Positions 54,671 through 64,000 of a stretch of 64,000 bases of DNA are shown here, in pieces. The notes below the pieces were generated by a model. That model saw only the letters and a program-made list of their open reading frames with translations, searched no databases and had not been told where the DNA came from. Origin of the DNA: Eledone cirrhosa (taxonomy: Eukaryota). The translations under genes and the position numbers were made by a program. Each line of letters opens with the position of its first letter. The first letter of the stretch is position 1. The stretch is taken from the NCBI GenBank assembly GCA_964016885.1, contig OZ024741.1:373860001-373924000 (forward strand), given 5' to 3'.

Positions 54671-56024
54671 GTTACTAAGAAACAAATATATATCTAAACT
54701 ATAATAAAGTAAGGAGTGCGAGACTGCGTACGGTTTATAATTTATCCCATTAGTCAAATAAGTTGGATTACTTTGAATAAATAATTGTTTCTACTTTTGG
54801 CACAAGGCCAGCAATTATCCCAGGGTATTACTGGTACTTTATTTTATCGACCCCGTAAGGATGAAAGGCAAAGTTAACCTCGGCGGGATTTGACCAAAAT
54901 GAATGAATATTACATAATTTATCTACTAAATTTCGTGGCTGTTGATTAAATATATTTTGTTTATTTCAAGATTCACTTCTTTAAAATTTCTGAAATGTCA
55001 ACACTTCCGGTTGGCCATCGCTTATATAAACATACTAATTTTCTCCTAATACAGTTTATATATAATATCGTCTTTTTTAATGTATCATGGATTACGTTAC
55101 TGATTAAATAAGACAGTGTAACGCAGTCTTCGTTCAATTTCTATGTATTATATATTGTCAATTACGATTTTATTTGATGTATCATATCTACATGTATATA
55201 TACCTGCGTATAATATCAATATACACACTACACATGTTAGCAGATAACCACACGAAGGGTGGTTTTTCTGCTAGTGATATTAATGTAATTTTTTTATAAT
55301 CTCGTAATTCCTGATGGAGTTGTAGAGGCATGTTAAGCCTGGCGGAGTCCACCCCTCGCCAGACCTGAGTACAGCAGATTTCTTCCTGAGAAGGATAGAG
55401 AGTGATAGAGAGGAAGTGAGAAAGAGATATAGAGGAAGAATCTATCCCAGTACTAGACTGGTACTTTTTTTATTGGCCTCGAATGGATGAAAGGCAAAGT
55501 TGACCGCAGCGAGATTTGAACTCAGAGAGCAGAGAACTCGTTCTAACGAATGTACTAATTCGCAGCTTAATATAATCAACACCCCTTTAAAATGCCGCTG
55601 ATGACAAATTTGCCTGTCATCTTTCCGAGGTCGATAAAATAAAGTACCAGTCAAGTACTGTGGTTGATTAAATCAACTTTGCATTTCCCCTCATAACAAA
55701 CACTTAACAAAGTACATAGTACCCCATACATAAATGGGATGCAGAGTTGGAATGTTTAGGAAGAACATATCTGACGGTGACTGAAGACGCTCGTGTGCAA
55801 AGTCACGAGCAGTAACTGCAGGAGATTGCGGTCGAATATTTTCTTCCTATATATATAAATATACATATATTTATATATAAAGAATTAATATCTAGTAACA
55901 TATATATACATACAGATGCATATCAATGCTAGCAAATATATAGGTTTTGTCTTAGTAACTTTGTGGTTCAATGCATGGGGTTGCAGAACGTCTCTCATAT
56001 ATTTTTATATATATATATATATAT

Positions 56025-56986
56025 AAACGGAAAAAATGAAACGAAATTTCATTTCCCACTCTTAGTACGGCTGTTACTTAAATATAAGTATGTACACGTA
56101 GATACATATATGTATAGAGACGTACAGTAGTATGTATATATATATACATACATGCACACATATATATATATATGTACGTATGGATTTACCGAACATTTAT
56201 TATAATGCCCGGTGTGTTTGTAAACAAACATCCCGTATTAAGCCGTAGTGTCCAGCAACCATCGTTGCTCGTTTGTTCAACACTGACAAAGGAACGCTGT
56301 ACTAGTTTCAAGCTTATTAGCTATCGTCAGCCACGTATACCTTCCTGCCAGATTGTTGAACGTATTGTTGAACGTTTACAAACACACCGGGCATTATAAT
56401 ACATGTTCGGTGAATCCATACGTACATATATATATATATGTGTGCATGTATGTATATATATATACATGCTACTGTACATCTGTATACATATAGGTATGTA
56501 CGTGTACATACTTATATTTAAGTAACAGCCGTACTAAGAGTGGGAAATGAAATTTCGTTTCATTTTTTCCGTTTATCGTTTTCGGTGCACCCGGCCGATT
56601 AACCCACTCGATATGCAAATTGGGCTACTCAGCCGTTAATATGCATAAGGTAAGTATATACGTTCAACAATCTGGCAGGAAGGTATACGTTGCTGACGAT
56701 AGCTAATAAGCTTGAAACTAGTACAGCGTTCCTTTGTCAGTGTTGAACAAACGAGCAACGATGGTTGCTGGACACTACGGCTTAATACGGGATGTTTGTT
56801 TACAAACACACTGGGCATTATAATAAATGTTCGGTAAATCCATACGTACATATATATATGTGTGCATGTATGTATATATATATATATACATACTACTGTA
56901 CGTCTGTATACATATATGTATCTACGTGTACATATTTATATATATATATATATACTCGCCCGTAACTTTATATTTTTCATTTTTTC

Positions 56987-57053
<67 letters not shown>

Positions 57054-57256
57054 GTAGATACATATATGTATACAGACGTACAGTAGTATGTATATATATA
57101 TATATACATACATGCACATATATATGTACGTATGGATTTACCGAACATTTATTATAATGCCCGGTGTGTTTGTAAATAAACATCCCGTATTAAGCCGTAG
57201 TGTCCAGCAACCATCGTTGCTCGTTTGTTCAACACTGACAAAGGAACGCTGTACTA
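56025..57256. mobile_element. Four alternating-orientation pieces of one HHR-bearing PLE pLTR
   Basis: 56025-56364, 56374-56576 (inverted), 56659-56932 (inverted), 57046-57256. Confidence 0.85.
56688..56728 (+). ncRNA. Minimal hammerhead with intact core (mirror copy 56295-56335, minus)
   Basis: CGTTG CTGACGA T AGCT-AATA-AGCT T GAAA CTAG TA CAGCG. Confidence 0.85.
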
Positions 57257-57269
57257 TATATATATATGT

Positions 57270-57400
57270 GAAGGCGTGTGGCTGAGTGGTTAGGGAATTG
57301 GATTCGCAATCGTAAGGTTGTGAGTTCGATTCCTGGACCAGGTGATGCGTTATGTCCTTGAGCAAGACACTTTATTTCACGTTGCTCCTTCTACCTGGAG
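57270..57400 (+). mobile_element. CORE-like tRNA SINE
   Basis: TGGCTGAGTGG A box, GAGTTCGATTCC B box, TCCTTGAGCAAGACACTT. Confidence 0.8.
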
Positions 57401-57486
57401 TTGCGACCGATAGATAGTATTAGCAATTGGAAAGACCAACGGAAACATTGTTCCCTCGGTCCGATTTGACGAAAGCCGATCGTTCC

Positions 57487-57526
<40 letters not shown>

Positions 57527-57945
57527 GAGAGGGGAGGTATAATACCCAAACAACGTCAAATATTTCTGGCTTATAAATATATATATACTAGACCCCCCCC
57601 CCCCCCCCCCCCGTGACCCGTTGGGTCATGTTCCCTTCAAAATATTTTTTAGATATCATGTTCACTTAAAAATAGTTTTTAAATCATTAAAATATTCAGA
57701 CATGTATATAATGTGAAATGAAACTGAAAGGCCCATATATATATACGTGTGTGTATGTATATATATAAATGTGTGTGTGTGTATATACATATATATATGT
57801 ATGTGTGTGTATATATATGTGGGTGCCTGTGATCCACATACACTGGTCATAGATACATATACACACACACTCATATATATATAATTATACACACACACAC
57901 AACAACACCACCAGCTCTCTCACTCTCTCTCTCTCTCTATGTCTG

Positions 57946-57994
<49 letters not shown>

Positions 57995-58275
57995 GTCTGT
58001 CTATATCTCTCTCTCTCTTCCATTCTCCTTCTCTGTCTCCTCTCCCTCTCTCTATCCTTCTCTCTCTCTTTATGAAGGTACCTGGAAAAACCCCTTATCT
58101 CGGGATCCCGCCCTCCGATTTACGCGAAACTTGTTTTATTCCATTTGTTTTCGCATTTCAGAGTCAACTTCCTTTCAAAGTATTTTCCCATTATGCGCCC
58201 TTTTGGCTGTATTACATTAAAGACAAGCAAGCAAGCAATCACAGAATTTTAGTAATTTACATATATGTGTGTGTA

Positions 58276-58306
<31 letters not shown>

Positions 58307-58331
58307 GTGTGTGTCAGTGTGTGTATGTGTG

Positions 58332-58367
<36 letters not shown>

Positions 58368-58374
58368 TGTATGT

Positions 58375-58545
58375 GAAAAGTAAACGGATAAACAACACAG
58401 TAAAACGATACAGTACAATGAGGATATATATAGGGGCAAAATCTTAACGTTTCGGACGTTTGTCTTTCATTAGAAAATAGAATGAGAAATAAAAGAATAG
58501 AAAAGAGTAGACGAAAATCAGAAGAGGGAGAAATGGGAAAAAGAT
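58375..58545 (-). mobile_element. PLE family D fragment with mutated HHR (58442-58477)
   Basis: Minus strand CTAATGA AAGACAAACGTCC GAAACGTT AAGA; flank similar to 33500-33545. Confidence 0.6.
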
Positions 58546-58553
58546 TATATATA

Positions 58554-58671
<118 letters not shown>

Positions 58672-58710
58672 TGAGAGATAGTGAGAGAGAGAGAGAGAGA
58701 GATAGGGGGG

Positions 58711-58803
<93 letters not shown>

Positions 58804-59208
58804 ACACTGTATGATTGTGTATAGAAGATTATATTAATAAAAGGAATTCCAACGTTGTCTTATTTACTCGTTTTATTTACAATCCTTTAAAATGTATAAT
58901 GGTATTAGAATGAAATAGTATGGTAAAATATTAAATGTTAAGTGTTAATTGAACAAGTACTTTCATGCTTTCGCAATCTTCAGGTTCATATTCTGTGGTG
59001 GCAGTCAAGTTTGCAGTTCACGATCATAAGGATGTAAGTTCGATTCCTATTGGCCGTTGTATCCTTGTTCAAGACATTTTATTTCACGTTGCTCCAATGC
59101 ACTCAACTGACAATAACTTCTGCATCCGTTCTTTACTAAGACAAAGTCACCCTGACCACTTTACTTCCATCTCCATTCTGAAATACACCCAACAAATCAC
59201 ATATCATG

Positions 59209-59380
59209 TATAACAATGAATTCTAGTCCCTTGGCAACAAGATTTCATCTAATTTTCAAGAATTCCTATGCAATACACTCAGCCATAACTGCCTCAAATA
59301 AAGAGGGGCCGCATAGAGATATGGAATTCTTGAAAATTAGATGAAATCTTGTTGCGAAGGGACTAGAATTCATTGTTATA
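59209..59380. mobile_element. MITE-like hairpin with 58-bp TIRs and 56-bp spacer
   Basis: 59209-59266 versus 59323-59380 inverted, TA termini. Confidence 0.7.
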
Positions 59381-59671
59381 GTTATGAAGGAGGGAAAGCC
59401 CGTTACTTGTACGAGATGCACATAATTAATCCCTGCTCTCTTGACGATTATCTTCCAAGTGTTTCGTTTATTTACCTCAGTCGAAGAGATACTAATCTCG
59501 AGATATCAAGTCATATGAATAAATTAAGGTAAAAAAGAACAAACTCTACGTTTTGTCCTTTTTGCGTTTTAATTGTTCTCTGTCCAAACCCTGCATATTG
59601 CCGTGACTTTCCAGCTTCGAATTCTTTTTACCATATACAATACTTCAAGTAAACTACAAATTCCTTCTTTC

Positions 59672-59783
<112 letters not shown>

Positions 59784-60394
59784 TTATTTATTTATTTATT
59801 TATTTATATATATATATATATATCTTTCTCTGGAAGAAATCAGCTGTGTTTAAAATACCGTGTGTCACTATGATACCCCAAGTCCATAAGGAGTTAAGGT
59901 TCCACACATATATATCCCAGTTGTGGAGTTACTTCAGATGTTCTCAACAGGAATATCTTTTTCTCTAGCTTGAATTATCTGCAGCGTGTTGTCTTATAGG
60001 AGGCTGGTAGATGATGGAAGTTAATACTGTTGTTGATGTTGATGGAGATGGATATATTTAGGAGGATAATGTCAGTCGAAGGTCTTAAGTACCTCGGAAT
60101 GGGTGGGGAAGATAAAACACATTTGGGTGGATTTCTGTGGATTATCGGCAAAGAATCGGTTAAAAGTAAAACCAATAAGTAGTTAAATTGAAAGAGCAAC
60201 GAACGTGTGATAATGGTACCATAGTGCAGTATTCTGATGCCAAGAGAGATGGGGGGATTATACTGTAATTAGACGATATTTGGGAATCAGGCATATTGAT
60301 ATTTGAGCAAAGGCTGTACATGAAAGAGAGAATAGTTTCTAAGTCTGACTAAGATACGTCAGACTGATTGACAGCTGTGTACATACATTACTGA

Positions 60395-61010
60395 AGATGC
60401 GTGGCTTAGTGGCTAAGGTGTTAGGATTAGGCTTAGTGGTTAAGGTGCTTAGCTCACAATCTTAAGGTTGTGAATTCGATTCCCGACAGCTTTTTGCGTC
60501 GTTGACCAAGATACTTTATTTCACGTGGCTCCAGTCCACTCAGCTGGCAAAACAGGAATTTTACTTGTAATTCAAAAGGCCAGCCTTGTCACTCCCTGGG
60601 TCATGCCGAATATAGCTGAGAATTACGTTGAAGGTGCACGTCGCTGTGGAAAACTCTGCCACGTCAATTTCAAAAGCAGTTGTTCATACAACTGAAAAAC
60701 TCGTTGTCAGAACCGTGTAAGTAAACATTAGAAATTGGGTTCAAATCGTAAGTTCATATGTTCGATTCCTGAACAGGGTGATGCATTGTGACCTTGGGCA
60801 TGACACTTTACTTCTCGTTGCTCCAAACCAATCAGCTGGAAAAGATGAGTACCAACAGCAACTGGAGGTTAGCCCAGCAACAAACTGACGTCCCATCGTG
60901 TCGTTTGTCTGTGACGACATTGGTGGCAAACTGTATCAGCTTTCCTTTGACTTGTCTTTTCCTTGAATAACGTCAGTGATGCTTGGACGACTGATGGTTT
61001 TCCATGAAAC
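60395..61010 (+). mobile_element. Two CORE-like SINEs, the first with a duplicated A-box segment
   Basis: GGCTTAGTGG twice; TGACCTTGGGCATGACACTT near 60790. Confidence 0.65.
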
Positions 61011-61210
61011 ACCTTGCCCAAGATTGTAGCTTGGAGAAGAACTTTCCATTTGGAAACATATGGTCACTCATGACCGAGAGCGAGCTACTATGTATATGTG
61101 TATGTGTGTGTTTGCGTGTGTGTGTGTATGTGTGTGTTTGTGTGTGTGTGCGTTTGTGTGTGTGTGTGTGTGTGCGTTTGAGTATGTGCGTGTCTGTGTG
61201 TGTATGTGTT

Positions 61211-61305
<95 letters not shown>

Positions 61306-61834
61306 TATGAGAAAAATGCGAAGTTGTAGATGTTAAAGAATCCTTTATTAATTGAGCCGTGATACATATTTCAATGACGACCGATATCGTGATTTGATCA
61401 GACAGCAAAATTGATTAAAAGGTAACATTTCCCAGGCAGTTATGGGTGGAAGGGAGCAGACTAAAAAAATTCATGCTTTTGCTTTTGTTGTCTGCTCATT
61501 TGAATTGAATTGCATCCTTGTCTACCGAATATATATATATATATGTGTGTGTGTGTATACATATATATATATATATAATCGTCATCATTATCATCATCAT
61601 CATCATTGCAATCACAGTCAAACATTCCTGAGAAAGTCTCTCCACAATTCACGATTTTCCATTGCTCCTGGCAACTGTTCCCTACTGTAGTTTGTATCAT
61701 CTAAGAGTTAATCAATGAAAGTTCAAGCAAGTCTTCTTCTACTGCGTCTCCCGGGAATTGGTTTCCACAATAGTAGCTTGTGTATAACTTCTTGCTTACT
61801 TATCCAGCAATGTCCTGCAAATCTTAACTGCTCT

Positions 61835-62090
61835 CGGAGTTCAAATCCCGCCGATGTCAACTTTACTTTTCATCCTTTCAAGGTCGATAAAAAAAGTACC
61901 TGTCCAGTACTGAGGTCGATTCTTCTTCTATATTTCTTTCTCGCTTCCTCTCTCCTACTTTCTATCATTCTCCAGAAGAAATCTGTTGTGTTCAGGCTTG
62001 GAGAAGGTTGGACTCCATCAGACCTAAAATGCCCAAGAAACGCCGTATGCCAATATGGCGCCCCTACGACTCCATCGGGTGTTACGGGAT
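61835..62090 (+). mobile_element. Long-tail SINE
   Basis: GAGTTCAAATCCCGCC core and tail matching 4147-4430. Confidence 0.75.
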
Positions 62091-62312
62091 AAAACCGAAT
62101 ACCCTCTCTGTATATCTTATTTTTGTTTCTCAACTATAATAATTATTAGATACTTCCCCTAGTTTGTCATGGCTTACTAGCTTTATACGGGCGTTTAAAC
62201 TGATTAAATAAATAAATACATGCACATACATACATACATACATACATACATACATACATACATACATACATACATACATACATACATACATACATACATA
62301 CATACATACATA

Positions 62313-64000
62313 CAAGGAACGAAAACAATTTACCGAAGAAAATCAATGAGAAAGGTAAACAAAATTTATTTAATTGTAGCTACAGAAGAAACCGAAATTA
62401 TAAATCACATTTCTCTTACTGATTTATTTAATTGTTATAAAATGGCAAAAAAAATCCCTCCAAAAAAAAAACCACCACCAAAAATACTATTATATATAAC
62501 TAAAATATAAAAAAAGATTGCTAACCTACGAAAAACTAGGATTTGTGACAATGCTCCTTAGATGCAAATAAAAACCAAAAAAAATTCACTCCTCACCAAC
62601 AAAGAGTGAAAAATGAAATAGAAACGATGTTTGGTAACAGTAGAACCAGAAATCTTCAATATAAGCTGATCACCCTTAAACAAGATATGAGAGCTGTCAG
62701 CGAGAAACGTCCATACATGAAGAAGGTGGATGAAAGAAAAGTAATCAATAAATATTCAGTCTATAGAGATATGAAGGGCTAAGTAATAAATGTCGCTGAG
62801 GCCCCATCCCAGAAGGACATAGATTCCTTCTGGAGAAAAATATGAGGTGTAAAGAAGAATTTCAACAAAAATGCAGAGTAGCTAAAAGAAATCCAAAAGA
62901 ACTATTGCTCCTACAATACAACAAAAACATACGAAATAAATGAGGACATCCTTGAGACTGTGATAGGAAAACTCCAAGATAAGAAAACAGCAGGAAGAGA
63001 CATGATTGTCGGCAACTGGTACAAAAAACTGATATTCTATCGGATGTAACTTATTGACCTCTACGAACAAGTTCTCAAGAATGGTTGACATTAGCACAAA
63101 CAATACTGGTCCCCCAAAATAAAGACACCCATATTGCATGCCAGAACATGATGTATGAGATGTATACAGCCTGCCTGAACCTATTTCTCAAAGTTCACAG
63201 ATGAATAAGCAGCTGGGAATAAAGGCATGGGGGGGGGGGGCTGAGAACAACTCCTAATTAACAAAATTGCGATATCGGAGTTGCGACAACTTAGGAGGAA
63301 AATGGCTACAGTCTGGCTAGACTACAGGAAAGCATTTGATTCTGTTCCCCACCCTTGGGTGATAGAGGCCCTCCAGGCCCTCCGACTTGCTAAAGTCCCA
63401 GACATTATTATCAGAGCCATAGAGAAGCTCTTCTTCTTGGGCTACTCTCCTAAAGTTAAAACAGAGAAGGGGGACTCTATTTTCACTGATAAAATAGAAT
63501 ATCACAGGGGTATATTTCAAGGAGACAGTCTCTCTGTGCTACTATTTTTCATTTCATTAAATCCCTTGTCCTTTCTGCTCAAGAAATGTGAAGGATACAT
63601 CATTGGCTCACGGGAGGGCGGAAATACAAACTTAACACATAATTTGTTTGTGGATGATCTGAAACTCTATGTCAAGAACATAAATGGAATGAGGAAAAAT
63701 CTTGACCTGGTTACAACATTCTCAGAGGATATAAAAATGGAGTTTGGCCAACTTAAATTTTCATATATGATTGTAAAGCGAGGGAAAAACTACAACCCAA
63801 TCTAACAATATTTTTATCAATGGCCTAACTGTTTCACCGATATCTGACGGGGACTACTACAGATACCTGGGGATAGATGAGAATATATTCTATAATGGTA
63901 TCTGTAATAAGAAATGCGTAACCAGGGAATACCCGTTTAAGAAAAATGTGGTCATCGGAACTCTCTGCGCACAATAAAACAGTGGCACACAATGTGTTTG
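62313..64000 (+). pseudogene. Dong/R4-like RT region, degenerate, running off the window
   Basis: WLDYRKAFDSVPH, RGIFQGDSLS.LLF..LNPLS, HNLFVDDLKLY, YRYLGI; begins directly after (TACA)n. Confidence 0.85.

Noticed and set aside
57270-57340. tRNA genes
   Set aside because: A/B boxes continue into SINE bodies, and no complete cloverleaf is evident here or at other copies
59975-60350. Ancient LINE remnant on the minus strand
   Set aside because: No unambiguous motif recoverable by eye

Overview
AT-rich, microsatellite-dense animal DNA, most likely intronic or intergenic. The SINE repertoire suggests an octopod cephalopod (inference, not database-checked). No intact protein-coding gene is evident; one 57-bp candidate exon lies at 51319-51375. 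The window is a mosaic of: (i) tRNA-derived SINEs with Deu/Nin-like and CORE-like cores; (ii) hAT and Tc1/pogo-type MITEs with clear TSDs; (iii) decayed non-LTR retrotransposons (Dong/R4-like RLE elements in (TACA)n, plus RTE-like and CRE-like fragments); and (iv) many Penelope-like element (PLE) fragments from several families, all embedded in (TA)n. The PLE fragments carry about 20 minimal type I hammerhead ribozyme (HHR) motifs. Many have a recurring layout: an inverted arm, a forward arm, then a tail. In several families the inverted arm stops at a fixed family-specific boundary. One HHR has a U3-A8 covariant core. Most ORFs in the supplied track are microsatellite translation artefacts. 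All alignments and folds were done by eye; most element boundaries are approximate.
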